Below, in pieces: positions 10,997 through 22,024 of a stretch of 64,000 nt of DNA. This stretch comes from an uncultured bacterium (lineage in GTDB: Bacteria > Verrucomicrobiota > Verrucomicrobiia > Limisphaerales > UBA8199): contig CAVVMW010000005.1 in NCBI GenBank assembly GCA_963749495.1, positions 32,001 to 96,000 of the forward strand. Reading direction: 5' to 3'. The first letter of the stretch is position 1. Each line of letters begins with the position of its first letter. Position numbers and translations under genes: made by a program. The notes below the pieces were generated by a model. The model ran no database searches, was not told the DNA's origin, and saw only the letters and a program-made list of their open reading frames with translations.

Positions 10997-11800
10997 ATGA
11001 CTTCCCCACGTATTCTTAAACACGTCTGTCTCGTGACCCTTGCCGCCCTGGCGATCAGCGCCGCCTCCATTCGGGCGCAAGATAAACCGGCCACCGCAGC
11101 CGCACCCGTGGCGGCGTCCATCGGGCAACCCGATGCGAATGGCTTTATCAGCCTTTTCAACGGCAAAGATCTGACCGGCTGGAAAGGCCTGGAGGGCTAC
11201 TGGTCTGTCAAGAACGGCGTCATCAACGGCAGCGAAACCAAGGATCACTCGGTCCAGACTGATCTCATTCTGAGCGCCTCCAAGGAGCACCCTGAAAAGT
11301 TTGTCAATTTCGAGCTTCATATCAAGTGGATGCTTGTGAGCCCAGACGGCAACTCGGGCGTGCAGTTCCGTTCGGTGATCAACAATCCGAGGACCCTTCA
11401 CGTCGGCGGCTACCAAGCCGACATCGATAGCGGCGGCAATTACACCGGTTCGATCTACGACGAATCGGGCATTGCCGGCGGCCGCGGCACGATGAGCAAC
11501 CGCGGTGAAAAAACCACTTGGGACGCCGAGAATAAGCGCCACAACAACCCGCTTTCGGAAAGCGCCGACAACCTCAAGAAACTGCTCCACAATACGGGCG
11601 ATTGGAACGATATCGTCCTCATCGTCCAGGGAAACCAGGTCCAGTACAAGATCAACGGCCACCTGATGACAGAGTTGATTGACGAAAGTCCGAAGGCTGT
11701 CCTCAAGGGCGGCGTGATTGCGCTCCAGATGCACGCCGGCTTCACGATGGACATTCAGTTCAAGGATATTTCCATCAAGTTCCTCGACGGAAATCCGTAG
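10997..11800 (+). CDS. DUF1080 (3-keto-disaccharide hydrolase-like) secreted protein
   Basis: Signal peptide; SLFNGKDLTGW, NSGVQFRS, GYQADID, IALQMH, IQFKDI motifs. Confidence 0.9.
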   Translation: MTSPRILKHVCLVTLAALAISAASIRAQDKPATAAAPVAASIGQPDANGFISLFNGKDLTGWKGLEGYWSVKNGVINGSETKDHSVQTDLILSASKEHPEKFVNFELHIKWMLVSPDGNSGVQFRSVINNPRTLHVGGYQADIDSGGNYTGSIYDESGIAGGRGTMSNRGEKTTWDAENKRHNNPLSESADNLKKLLHNTGDWNDIVLIVQGNQVQYKINGHLMTELIDESPKAVLKGGVIALQMHAGFTMDIQFKDISIKFLDGNP

Positions 11801-12295
11801 TCGGAAATGGATCACCGGAAATGCCAGCCTCTTCGATCAGCCGTTGTCGTCCATCTGAATCGAGGCCGATGACGAGGTACAGAGCGGAGCCTCCGATGGT
11901 CCTGTCCTGGACGCATGCGGCAAGCTCGTGGCACTGGCATCAAACTGCTTGGCAACCACCGTTGGGGTGAAGTCGTCTGCCTTGTGCCTGCGCCATCCGC
12001 AAGCCCTGCCAGTCTGGATTTGTGAGAGCTTCCCGGGACCTAAAGCTGTCGATTGAGCGGGGATCAAAGTCCCCTTGTCACATCGTCCATTCGCCACCAC
12101 CATGAGCCCCGCCCGCGAACCATGCTCACTTTCCCGGATGTAGCGTGCTGGCCGGCGAGTCCAGAGCGGCCTAAGTATCGTAAGGTTCGATTCAGATGAT
12201 TGTCGCGGGCCGAATACCGCACCCGTCGAGTGCCTGCGAAAACAGACTGGACCCGCGAATCGAGAACAAATACCATGCCCCGCAGAAAACTGCCC

Positions 12296-13279
12296 ATGAA
12301 CCAGCGGATCATAAGTTTCTTGATGTTCCATATCGTTGCGGCGCTTTCCACTTTCGCTGCACCGATCAAGGTAGGCATCATCGGTTTGGACGCGCACGCG
12401 GTGCCCTGGACGCAGATCATCCACGGCCCCAAAGCGCCCCCGCCGATCTCCGACCTGCGGATTGTGGCCGCCGTCCCCGCCCCGAGCGCCGACATCCCGT
12501 TCAGCCAGGACAACATCGAAAAGAACACAGCCCGGATGCGCGAGCTGGGCGTGGAGATTTGCGGCACAATCGAGGCGATGCTACCGAAGGTGGACGCAGT
12601 GATGGTGCTGAGCATTGACGGCCGGCCGCACCTGCGGCAGGCCCGGCCCGCCTTCGCGGCCAGGAAACCGGTGTTCATTGACAAACCGGTCGCGGCGTCG
12701 CTGGCGGAGGCCATCGAGATTTTCCGCGAGGCCAGAGCGAGCGGCACACCGTGCTTCTCGAACTCCTCCCTCCGCTACAGCCCCGGCATCGCCGCCCTGG
12801 CAAACGATCCCAAGCTTGGCCGTGTGCTTGGCTGCGATGCCTACAGCAACAACCAGTCCATCCTGCCCGAGCACCCCAGCCTGTTCTACTATGGCATCCA
12901 TGGCTGCGAGATTCTTTTCACCATCATGGGCCCCGGTTGCCAGACGGTCAGCCGCGCCAAAGGCGACACCGCCGACCTCGTGACGGGCACATGGAACGAT
13001 GGCCGGGTGGGAACCTTCCGCGGCATTCTGCGGGGACAAACCGACTTCGGTGCAACGGTCTTTGGCGAGAAAAGCATCGCCCCCGCCGGCAAGTTCGAGG
13101 GGTACGAACCGCTGCTGGCGGAGATCGCGAAGTTCTTCAAGACCGGCCAGCCGCCGATGTCCGCCGAGCACACGCTGGAAATCTACGCCTTCATGGAAGC
13201 CGCCGACAAGAGCCTGCGCCAGGGTGGCCGCCCGGTGTCCGTCCCGGGCGTGCTGGAGAAGGCCCAAAGGAAACCATGA
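12296..13279 (+). CDS. Gfo/Idh/MocA family oxidoreductase
   Basis: IKVGIIGLD, SIDGRPH, VFIDKP, SSLRY, YYGIHGCE motifs. Confidence 0.85.
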   Translation: MNQRIISFLMFHIVAALSTFAAPIKVGIIGLDAHAVPWTQIIHGPKAPPPISDLRIVAAVPAPSADIPFSQDNIEKNTARMRELGVEICGTIEAMLPKVDAVMVLSIDGRPHLRQARPAFAARKPVFIDKPVAASLAEAIEIFREARASGTPCFSNSSLRYSPGIAALANDPKLGRVLGCDAYSNNQSILPEHPSLFYYGIHGCEILFTIMGPGCQTVSRAKGDTADLVTGTWNDGRVGTFRGILRGQTDFGATVFGEKSIAPAGKFEGYEPLLAEIAKFFKTGQPPMSAEHTLEIYAFMEAADKSLRQGGRPVSVPGVLEKAQRKP

Positions 13280-13367
13280 ATGTCTGAACCACGGAGCGTC
13301 AAGAAAAGCGAATTCCTGCCATCAGTTCAAAACCCGCGGCAATTCACATCACCAAAAGGTCACTGCA

Positions 13368-14753
13368 ATGAAAATTGAATCTGAGACACAAGCGGCGAAC
13401 CCCTCCCCTGAGCCAACTTCCCCGATTTCCCGCCGCCAGTTCATGTCGCGCAGCGGCAAGCTGGCCGCGGCCTCCGCGCTGGCGGGCGCGGCCCTCCCGT
13501 TGGTCCACGCGGCGGAGAACAACATCATCCGCCTGGCGCTGATCGGCTGCGGCGGGCGCGGCAGCGGGGCGGCGGCCAACGCCTTCGATTCGCCCAACGG
13601 CCCGGTCAAGATGATCGCGATGGCCGACCTCTTCGAGAACCGGCTGGCCGACGCCCACAAGGTTCTCACCGAGAAATACGCCGGCCAGATGGACGTGCCG
13701 CCCGAGCGGCGCTTCACGGGCTTCGACGCGTGGCGCAAGGCCATTGATTGTCTGCGCCCCGGCAACGTGGCGATGCTGTGCGGCTACGCGGGGTTTCGTC
13801 CGGCACAACTGGAATACGCTGTCGAGAAAGGCGTGAATGTTTTCATGGAGAAGTCGTTTGCGACCGATCCCCCGGCGGTGCGGCGCGTGATCAAGGCCGG
13901 CGAAGCGGCGGAGAACAAGAACCTCAAGATCGCCGCCGGCCTCCAATGCCGCCATTCGCGCAACCGGCAGGAACTCATCCAGCGCATCCGCAACGGCGAG
14001 CTGGGGGACATCCAGCTCATCCGGGCCTACCGGATGCAGGCGTGCGGCTGGCTGCCGAAGCGTCCGCCGGCCGAGAAGGATTTGCACTGGCAGATCCAGC
14101 ACTTCACGGATTTCCTCTGGGTGAGCGGCGGGCTCTTCGCGGAGATGAACATCCACCAGATCGACAAGATTTGCTGGCTCAAGGGCGCCTATCCGGTTTG
14201 CGCGCACGGCATCGGCGGGCGCGCGGCGGACAACACCGACTGCGGCCAGGGCCTCGACTCGTTCACCATCGAATGGACATTCCCCGACGGCACGAAAGCG
14301 TTCGACGTGGTGCGCTGGCTGCCGAACTGCCACACCGATTTCGCCACTTACCTGCACGGCACGAAATGCGCCGCGCAGTTCTCCGGCAACGTTCACGAGG
14401 GCGTGGTGCAGATCTTCAAGGACCAGCGTTGCGAGCGCGGCAACATCGCCTGGCGCGCGCCCAAGGAGCCGATCACGCCCTGGCAGGCCGAGTGGGACAA
14501 CCTGCTGGACGCGATCCGCCAGGACAAGCCGCACAACGAAGCCAAGCGCGCCGCGCTCTCAAACCTGGCCGACATCATGGGCCGGGCGGCGGTTCATTCG
14601 GGCAAGGTCATCACCTGGGACGAGGCGATGGCGTCGAACTTCCAGTTCTGCCCGAACATTGACCAAATGACGGACGACAGCCCGCCGCCGATCCAGGCCG
14701 ACGCGCAAGGACGCTATCCCGTGCCGGTGCCCGGCAAGTGGACGGAGATTTGA
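13368..14753 (+). CDS. Tat-exported Gfo/Idh/MocA oxidoreductase
   Basis: SRRQFM twin-arginine motif; LIGCGGRGSGA; VFMEKS; GLQCRH. Confidence 0.9.
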   Translation: MKIESETQAANPSPEPTSPISRRQFMSRSGKLAAASALAGAALPLVHAAENNIIRLALIGCGGRGSGAAANAFDSPNGPVKMIAMADLFENRLADAHKVLTEKYAGQMDVPPERRFTGFDAWRKAIDCLRPGNVAMLCGYAGFRPAQLEYAVEKGVNVFMEKSFATDPPAVRRVIKAGEAAENKNLKIAAGLQCRHSRNRQELIQRIRNGELGDIQLIRAYRMQACGWLPKRPPAEKDLHWQIQHFTDFLWVSGGLFAEMNIHQIDKICWLKGAYPVCAHGIGGRAADNTDCGQGLDSFTIEWTFPDGTKAFDVVRWLPNCHTDFATYLHGTKCAAQFSGNVHEGVVQIFKDQRCERGNIAWRAPKEPITPWQAEWDNLLDAIRQDKPHNEAKRAALSNLADIMGRAAVHSGKVITWDEAMASNFQFCPNIDQMTDDSPPPIQADAQGRYPVPVPGKWTEI

Positions 14754-14905
14754 GACCTCGGATGCGGTCGCCGACTCTGCAAAGGGACCCGTTCGACCCG
14801 ATCTTGCTGGTCTCTATCGCCTCCAAGCCCACGGAGAGACAGTCGGTTGGCTATCTATGCGGGCCAACTCAGCCCCCGTGCGCGGTGAGGACCTGGCAAA
14901 TACCT

Positions 14906-15910
14906 TCATGGAGAGTGCCTGGCGTTGGGCTTTTGCAGGCCCTGGACGATCCACTCCCGGGCTTCCTGCCACATGGCTTCAGTGGCGCCGTGGCCCGCCT
15001 CGGGAAAAGGCACGAAGCGCAACCGCTCCCGCTCTTTTCCATAGGCCGGTTCGAGGTCGGCCACGAAGCGCCGCACGGACTCCAGGTCAATGAACTCGTC
15101 GCGACCGCCGTTGATGAGACAAACCGCCTTGGGTGGGATTTGGGCGAAACGAGGCCTGGGATCGATTGACGCCACCAACTCGCGCAGGCGGGGGCCGTAA
15201 GAGGCCTTCTTCTTCTCCTGCTCGGGGCCGGGCGGCAGTTTCGTCACGTCCCACCAGAAATCCACCGCGCCGACCACGCTCGCCACAACCCGCACGCGCG
15301 GTTCGCTCCAGGCCAGGACCATCACCGTGCTGCCGCCCATGGAAACCCCCGTGACGGCGACTCGCAACGCATCCACGTCCAGCCGCCGTGCCAGGGCATC
15401 AAGAATAACGGGGACGTCTTTCGCCGTGTGGGCGATGGAGCTTTGATGAACCCAGATGCTGTACTCCTCGCCCAAGGCAGCGATGTTGTCGCCGTGAAAC
15501 ACCCCGGCGATGGACCGTTCGCCGTGGAGATGGGCGTCCAGGCTGATGGCGAAGATGCCCCGGCCGGCAAGGTCGCGGCACCAGGACTCGAGGTTCTCCT
15601 TCGCGCCTCGAAAATAGTGCAGGCAGAACGCCACTGGAAACGGTCCACCCGCGGCCGGATGAATGGCGATGGCCGGCACGGACTCGTCCGGATCGAAGCC
15701 GGGAAGACGGAGCTTTTCGCGGACCAGTCCGCCGGGCAACTCCTTCCGTTCCAGCATCTGCGCCTCAGCCAGGCGCCTTTCTGGCCTGCCTCCGTTCAAC
15801 TCGTGGGGAGCGGCTCCGGGACCGGAGGGGCTTGCCGGCGTGTCCGACTGCGCCGGTGCGAGCATGGTCGCCAACCCGAGGACAGTCAGTGCATAAAGGG
15901 GGTTTTGCAT
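14906..15910 (-). CDS. Secreted alpha/beta hydrolase (esterase/peptidase-like)
   Basis: Signal peptide; GVSMGG nucleophile elbow; GGRDE Asp and EAGH His. Confidence 0.85.
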   Translation of the reverse strand: MQNPLYALTVLGLATMLAPAQSDTPASPSGPGAAPHELNGGRPERRLAEAQMLERKELPGGLVREKLRLPGFDPDESVPAIAIHPAAGGPFPVAFCLHYFRGAKENLESWCRDLAGRGIFAISLDAHLHGERSIAGVFHGDNIAALGEEYSIWVHQSSIAHTAKDVPVILDALARRLDVDALRVAVTGVSMGGSTVMVLAWSEPRVRVVASVVGAVDFWWDVTKLPPGPEQEKKKASYGPRLRELVASIDPRPRFAQIPPKAVCLINGGRDEFIDLESVRRFVADLEPAYGKERERLRFVPFPEAGHGATEAMWQEAREWIVQGLQKPNARHSP

Positions 15911-15989
15911 GTTGTATCAACGTCTCATTGCGCGGGACCATTCTACTTGCGCATCCTGCGTCGCTGAGGTGGAGGAGGCGGCGCGTCGA

Positions 15990-16277
15990 TTACTCCACGA
16001 ACCAAATTCCCAGGCTGTTCCGCCGGATGTCTTGCTGGCGAGCCAACCAATCCCGCACGGCCTGCGCCTTTTCCTGGGCAAGGACGGGGAAAAGCAGCCC
16101 CGGATAGGACGTTTGCCAGGCCAACGCCTCGGCTTCGGTCAAAGCCCCTCGAAACAGCCGCTCGTGCGGACGCAAACCGTCGCCACACTCGCGCAGCACC
16201 GCGTTCTTGACCTCAGCCACGTGGCCAAGTATTCGCCGGCCCGGTTGCCGGCCAAGCCCACCGGCCTTCCGATTCAA
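15990..16277 (-). CDS. Small hypothetical protein
   Basis: ALTEAEALAWQTSYPGLLFPVLAQEKA looks like a conserved verrucomicrobial motif; start uncertain. Confidence 0.55.
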   Translation of the reverse strand: MNRKAGGLGRQPGRRILGHVAEVKNAVLRECGDGLRPHERLFRGALTEAEALAWQTSYPGLLFPVLAQEKAQAVRDWLARQQDIRRNSLGIWFVE

Positions 16278-16922
16278 CCTGTGTGAGGGGTCAAACTATA
16301 ACTTTTCACCTCGAGGCGGAGCGCAACTGGCCTTCGGGCGGCCCAGCCCGGGGCTGGGAGGCCGCTCAGCAGGTGCGTAGCTGCGAACCACCATGCCGGT
16401 TTCACATTGACTCTCCTTTCCGCCCGCCGGAAAGGGCGCGAAGGGTGAAAGCCGAGCGTAGCGACGACGACGGCGGGGAGGCCAGACGGGCAAAGCCCCT
16501 TTGGTCGCTGGCTATTTTGGGGCGGCTTGGAAACGCAACGGCTGGACAGGCCGGCGGTCCCCTGGGGTCCGGAGCGCCGCGGCGGGTACGGCAAGCCAGA
16601 TCGCGTATGCGAGCTGGGCGGGCCACTGCTGGTTGCGCCCGTCGCGAAAATGCAAGGTGCGGGGCCGGGTCGCTTGGTGCGAGTCTTCATAGGGTGAAAA
16701 AGGAGGTCACGCCGTTTCCAGCCTGCCGCTGGTTTGTCAGTGGTGAAACGGAATGGATGCAATCTTGGCGGTTGAGAACGGGATCTTCTTCCCCTGGATT
16801 TTCTTCGAGCAATTCGCTGAAAACTCTTCTTCCTTCTTCTCAGTCGTGGTTCTTCTTCGGCTTGGACCCTCGCTCCATCCGCGCTTGCGGCAGCCCCGGA
16901 AAATCGCAAAACTCCTCGGAGA

Positions 16923-17303
16923 ATGGCATCAAAGCGAAAGTGCCGGGCCTGTGGAAAGCCCTTCAGCCCCGATTACCGAAACCAAGCGGACCAGGCTTTC
17001 TGCCCCCGGCCCGAGTGCCGGCGTCTGCGCCGAGCGGACGCGCAGCGCAAACGGCGTGAGCGCGCTCGCCAGGCCGACAGCCTTACAAGACGGCTGAAGC
17101 CCTCTGAAGCCCGCTGGCTGCGAAGGAACCCCATGATAATCGGGCTGGTCTCGGTGCTGATCGGTTCGACGGACTGGCAGGAGATCGAAGCCTTTTGTGC
17201 GTCGGCCAGTTTGAGGGGAAGGAAGATCCTTGATGGCACGCTGGCAGAAGAGGACGGAAACACCCTGAAAAATCAGGGTTCCGACACGGGAACGCCATCG
17301 TAA
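16923..17303 (+). CDS. Zinc-ribbon hypothetical protein of a type often found in mobile regions
   Basis: CRAC...FSPDYRN...FCPRPEC (CxxC...CxxxxC) followed by a basic helix. Confidence 0.6.
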   Translation: MASKRKCRACGKPFSPDYRNQADQAFCPRPECRRLRRADAQRKRRERARQADSLTRRLKPSEARWLRRNPMIIGLVSVLIGSTDWQEIEAFCASASLRGRKILDGTLAEEDGNTLKNQGSDTGTPS

Positions 17304-17479
17304 AATCGGCTGGGCTCCGAAACAGATCCCATTCCTAACCGTCGGTTTTGCATCCCGTTCGCGCCAACGGTGACACTGGTTCAAGCCGGTCCATTCAGGG
17401 GAAATGGAAACGGGATTTACGCGGAGGCGTGAAACGTGGTAGATTAGTGCTGTAAGAGAAACATTGAACGTAAACGGCT

Positions 17480-17710
17480 ATGGAAACAGCAACCGTCATC
17501 CACGAAGGCGAATGTCAGGTCGTGCGCCTGCCCAAAGGCTTTCACATCCCCACGACCACGGTTGGTGTTCGCCACGACGGCGAGGCGATTGTGTTAGAGC
17601 CTTTGAAACCGAAGGCCTGGCCCGATGGTTTTTTCGATTCAATTCACATCACCGACCCGGCATTTTCGCGGCCTGATCAGGGGCAACTGCCGCCCGTCCG
17701 ACCTTTGTAG
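17480..17710 (+). CDS. vapB: VapB-like AbrB/MazE antitoxin (orphan)
   Basis: QVVRLPKGF...DGEAIVLEP...WPDGFF; no co-oriented toxin follows. Confidence 0.8.
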   Translation: METATVIHEGECQVVRLPKGFHIPTTTVGVRHDGEAIVLEPLKPKAWPDGFFDSIHITDPAFSRPDQGQLPPVRPL

Positions 17711-18023
17711 TTCGACAATGTTAGATTTCCTTAGAAACCCGAAATGGGTGAACTCGGCAGATCGCCGGAGCGGGCTTGGCCCCTGTCCCGAAGGGACATG
17801 CGAGAATAGCCCGGCGTTTCAACGCCGGGTGTGCGCCCCAATAGCGCCAGTCCGTCCCGAAGGGACGGCTGAAAACCAGGGCTCTTTTCAGTCGTCCCTT
17901 CGGGACGAAAATTCTCTCTTTCTCGGTCCCCCGGCGTTGAAACGCCGGGCTATTCTCAATTGTCCCTCCGGGACACGCCCTACGGCATTCCCCCTGGCTC
18001 CGAGGAAATCCAACATTGTCGAA
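17711..18023. mobile_element. 313-bp MITE with internal REP-like palindromes
   Basis: 21-bp TIRs at 20/21 identity (TTCGACAATGTTRGATTTCCT); GTAG on both sides; internal GTCCC-GGGAC and CCCGGCGTT-AACGCCGGG hairpins in inverted pairs. Confidence 0.8.
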
Positions 18024-18140
18024 GTAGGCAGCCGATCGGTATTCTCAACCAGAACCGCCTCGTGACCCGCGGCACGGCTGGATTGGCCGCAAAGTGGCTT
18101 GGGTGCCGGCTCCGGACATTTGCCGTCCCGGCGTCGCATG

Positions 18141-18518
18141 TTAGTAAGGGACGACACTGAGACCATGGACCCGGGTGAAGGCTGCGTCGCGGCTCACCAA
18201 CCGGAGTCCCCAAGCGCGGGCGGTCGCAGCGATCCAATTATCGTTTTCGCCCAGGCGCGAACCCGCTTGGGCCAACTCCCTTTCGATCCGGCCCGCTTCC
18301 CACGCCACCTGGCGGTGCAGCATCAGAACGCGCACGCGCCGCAGCAATCGATCCAACTCCTCTGGTGCGTTGACGCCTGCCGCAAGTTCACCCCAGGTGA
18401 TGATCGACACCTCCAGGCTCTGAGTCCTGTGGCGTGCGAGGAATCGATGCGCCGGACCCCCTTCGCGGTCAACCCGCTCTTGGGCCAGATCGACCCAAAA
18501 GGTCGTGTCAGTGAGCAT
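18141..18518 (-). CDS. vapC: VapC PIN-domain toxin
   Basis: LTDTTFWVD, ITWGEL, GENDNWIAATA, LVSRD acidic PIN residues. Confidence 0.9.
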   Translation of the reverse strand: MLTDTTFWVDLAQERVDREGGPAHRFLARHRTQSLEVSIITWGELAAGVNAPEELDRLLRRVRVLMLHRQVAWEAGRIERELAQAGSRLGENDNWIAATARAWGLRLVSRDAAFTRVHGLSVVPY

Positions 18519-18735
18519 TTTGGCCCTCAGCCCGGCGCTTTCGCAGCCGCTTCAGCGTTTCCAGTTCTGAAAACAGCGGACCATCGAGTTGGTCCAGGAA
18601 CTTCTCCAGGTCGCCGAACGTCTTAATCGGAGGCGGGGCCAGGCGCTTTACGACCCGGCTGAAAGACTCGTTGCCCCGGCGATGCGCCTCCAGGGCCGCT
18701 ATCGCCTCGTCGTCCAAGTTCACATTCCTGCTCAT
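18508..18735 (-). CDS. Cognate antitoxin (RHH/VapB-like)
   Basis: MSRNVNLDDEA...NESFSRVVKRL; overlaps the toxin start. Confidence 0.8.
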   Translation of the reverse strand: MSRNVNLDDEAIAALEAHRRGNESFSRVVKRLAPPPIKTFGDLEKFLDQLDGPLFSELETLKRLRKRRAEGQNAH

Positions 18736-18942
18736 GCATGCAATATGCGCGCATCCGCCGCTTCCAGTCAAGGCCGAACCACAGAACAAACCTTGGCCAA
18801 AGGCGGGCAGTTATTGGGCAAGTGAGACAAAAGCGCAATGCGGGAGTGGAACCAGGCCCATGTCTCGGACCAGCGCCGCAAGGCGGGAAGGTCTAGATCG
18901 CTTGGGCTTGACTTCGGGTGATTGCCAGTCGGATCGTGCGCC

Positions 18943-20901
18943 ATGAGCAGTTTCGGTGATGAGGCGCTCGATTCTCCGGCGCCGGACATATACGAAATCC
19001 AGACCCACGCGCCTGGGCCTGAGGGCAAGCTCCCGCTCACAGAAGAGATGCTCCGGCACAGCCCGAGCGGGGACATTTTCGGCCTGGTGCAGAATGCGGG
19101 GATGGGCTGGGCTGCGAGCGAGGCGGGGGGGGAGCAATTCCTGGTGCTGAGCACGCAGGGCGGGTTGCGCGCGCCGGACGGCAAACCCATTGCCCTGGGT
19201 TACCACACGGGCCACTGGGAGATCGGCCTGCTGGTCCAGGCGGCTGCGGAGGAGTTTCGCCGGCTCGGGGCCATCCCCTTTGCTGGGTTTTGCTCGGACC
19301 CGTGCGACGGGCGCACACAGGGCACGGCGGGGATGTTCGACAGCCTGCCTTACCGCAACGACGCGGCGATTGTGTTCCGGCGCCTGGCCCGGTCGCTGCC
19401 GTTGCGGGCCGGGGTGCTCGGTGTGGCAACGTGCGATAAGGGCCTGCCGGCGATGCTCATGGCAATTGCCGGGTTGCGGGACCTGCCCGGGCTGGTGGTT
19501 CCGGGCGGGGTCACGCTGCCGCCATCCCAGGGCGAGGATGCCGGGACGGTGCAGACGCTGGGGACGCGCTTTGCGCACGGGCTGATCACGCTGGAGGCGG
19601 CGGCGGAGGTGGGCTGCCGCGCCTGCGCGACACCCGGGGGCGGCTGCCAGTTCCTGGGCACGGCCGCCACCACCCAGGTGGTCGGCGAGGCCCTGGGCCT
19701 TTGCCTGCCGCATTCGGCCCTGGCCCCTTCCGGGCAGCCGGTGTGGCTCGACCTGGCCCGGCACTCCGCGCGCGCGCTCCATCACCTTGCCTCACGCGGC
19801 ATCGCCGTGCGCGAGATCCTCAGCCCGGCCAGCATTCGGAATGCCATGGCCGTTCACGCCGCCTTCGGGGGCTCGACCAACCTGCTGCTCCACGTGCCGG
19901 CCATCGCTCACGCCGCGGGCCTCCAACGCCCCACCGTCGAGGATTGGATTTCGGCCAATCGCCGCGTTCCCCGCCTGGTCAGCGTCTTGCCCAACGGCCC
20001 GGTGCCGCACCCGACGGTGCGGGTGTTCCTGGCCGGGGGCGTGCCGGAGGTCATGCTGCACCTGCGCCGGTTGGGCCTGCTCGAAACGGGCGCGCTCACG
20101 GTCACCGGCCGCACCTTGGGCGAGAACCTGGACTGGTGGGAAAAGTCCGAGCGGCGGCGCCGGTTTCGCGAGCTGTTGCTGCGGCTTGACGGCGTGGAAG
20201 CCGACGACGTTGTCCTGCCCCCGGACCGGGCGCGGGCGCGGGGTCTGACCGGCACGCTGGTCTTTCCGCGCGGGAACCTCGCCCCCGAGGGCTCGGTCGT
20301 CAAAAGCGCCGCTCTGGACCCCGCCACCATCGGTCCGGACGGGGTCTGCCTCAAGAGCGGGCCGGCGCGGGTTTTCGTGAACGAGAGCCAGGCCGTGGCC
20401 GCGATCAAGGCGGGCGGCATCAAACCGGGTGACGTGCTGGTCCTGGCCGGCATCGGGCCGATGGGCACGGGGATGGAGGAGACCTACCAGGTCACCGGCG
20501 CCCTCAAGCAACTGCCCTTCGGCAACCAGGTGGCGCTGCTGACCGACGCGCGATTTTCGGGCGTCTCGACGGGGGCGTGCATCGGCCACATCGGGCCCGA
20601 GGGCCTGGCCGGCGGCCCTATCGGCAAGGTCCTGGATGGGGATACGATCCAAATCCGAATCAACTGCAAGCGGGTTGAGGGCAGTGTCAACCTGGTCGGC
20701 GAGGGCGCGCGCCGCTTCACTCCTGAGGAGGGTGAGAGCGTCCTGGCGCGGCGCCCATCCCGCAGTGACCTCGCCCCCAATGCCGCGCTGCCGGAGGACA
20801 CCCGCCTCTGGGCGGCCCTTCAACTGGCCGGCGGAGGGACCTGGTCCGGGTGCGTGTACGATGTCGAGCGCATCCTGGAGCTGTTGCCCAAGAAGCGGTG
20901 A
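18943..20901 (+). CDS. yagF: YjhG/YagF-type D-xylonate dehydratase (IlvD/Edd family)
   Basis: [60 protein letters not shown]. Confidence 0.9.
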   Translation: MSSFGDEALDSPAPDIYEIQTHAPGPEGKLPLTEEMLRHSPSGDIFGLVQNAGMGWAASEAGGEQFLVLSTQGGLRAPDGKPIALGYHTGHWEIGLLVQAAAEEFRRLGAIPFAGFCSDPCDGRTQGTAGMFDSLPYRNDAAIVFRRLARSLPLRAGVLGVATCDKGLPAMLMAIAGLRDLPGLVVPGGVTLPPSQGEDAGTVQTLGTRFAHGLITLEAAAEVGCRACATPGGGCQFLGTAATTQVVGEALGLCLPHSALAPSGQPVWLDLARHSARALHHLASRGIAVREILSPASIRNAMAVHAAFGGSTNLLLHVPAIAHAAGLQRPTVEDWISANRRVPRLVSVLPNGPVPHPTVRVFLAGGVPEVMLHLRRLGLLETGALTVTGRTLGENLDWWEKSERRRRFRELLLRLDGVEADDVVLPPDRARARGLTGTLVFPRGNLAPEGSVVKSAALDPATIGPDGVCLKSGPARVFVNESQAVAAIKAGGIKPGDVLVLAGIGPMGTGMEETYQVTGALKQLPFGNQVALLTDARFSGVSTGACIGHIGPEGLAGGPIGKVLDGDTIQIRINCKRVEGSVNLVGEGARRFTPEEGESVLARRPSRSDLAPNAALPEDTRLWAALQLAGGGTWSGCVYDVERILELLPKKR

Positions 20902-20982
20902 GGCGGTCCCGTCCGACGGGTCAGACCGGTCCGACGAGTCAGACCAGACAGACTCGTCCCAAGATACCCCGGCTAGGCTGCT

Positions 20983-21854
20983 TCACGGCTTTGACGCTTC
21001 ACCGGCCGCCGGCTGGCGCTTGTCCTGGATCGGTTGGGGCGCTTCGATTTGGTTCCCCTCCAGCGTCACCCGGCCCACCTTTTCATCGAACCGGAAGCCC
21101 ACGGTTTGCCTCTGTTGGCCGGCGGGGCGGGTGTCCCTGAGGGTGTTGTTCCTGAAGACCAGGTCGCGGGTCTGGCCGCGCACGCGAACGGCAGCGGCGT
21201 CTTGTTCAACGCCGTTGTTCTCGATGAGATTATTCTCCAGGCGGTTGCGGTGCGGGGCCATGCCGTCGGTTTCGCTGCGGAAAAAGACGCCGTCGGCGTG
21301 GTTGCGGCGGACCTGGTTGTTGCGGAGCAGGTTGTCGGTATCTTTGTGGCCGATGGAGATGCCGAAGCGGCCGTTGTCTTCCAGGACATTCTCCTCGAAG
21401 ATCCCCTGTTTGACGCGCCAGCAGAGAAACAGGCCGTCCTCGCCGTTGTTGCGGGCGGCGCACTGGCGGACGACGGGGCGCTGGGAACCGCTGCCGGGGT
21501 GAAGGCCCAGGCCGGCGTTGCCTTCACACACACAGGCCAGCACCGTCACGTCGTTGCACTGCTGGAAGCTGATGCCGTCGCCATTATAATGGCGCACCAC
21601 GCAGCGCTCGAGCGCCGCCCCGTGACAACGATACAAAAAGACCCCGCCGCCCCGGCAGCCGTTGAGCGGCACGTTTTGGTCCTTGTTCCCCTCGATGATG
21701 AGGTCTTCCACCCTGGCCCCTTCGGCATAATAGCCGCTGACCACCGGGAAGACCGTTGCGGCCTGGGCGCCGTTCTCGACCGTGCAATCGGCATTCAAGG
21801 GCAGGCTGATGGCAAAGGTGTTGCCGTTGCCGCCGGTGATGCGCGCCACGGTTG
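20983..21854 (-). pseudogene. C-terminal part of a right-handed parallel beta-helix protein, split by an insertion
   Basis: Beta-helix repeats (NGDGISFQ, GLHPGSGS, NGEDGLF); joins in frame to 24563-25035 at HT|TVAR. Confidence 0.85.
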
Positions 21855-22024
21855 AACGAAGCCGCTTCGCGGCGGAGAAGACGGGACTCCTGCGGCTTCG
21901 CAGTTCGCAGGCTGGAGGGCTTGTTTTGCATTGGCCTTTGGTGGGGACTCCCCCAGACTGATGACGGTTCGCCGTGCATTGACGCACGGCAAACCGTCAC
22001 CATTAACTTGTAGCTACCGCAGCT

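Noticed and set aside
12999..13367. Extended N-termini from the ORF track (also 28597, 31157, 44987-45412)
   Set aside because: They overlap neighbouring genes or intergenic DNA; downstream ATGs match the family starts
17480..18518. vapB at 17480 as the cognate partner of vapC at 18141
   Set aside because: Convergent orientation; vapC has its own overlapping upstream antitoxin
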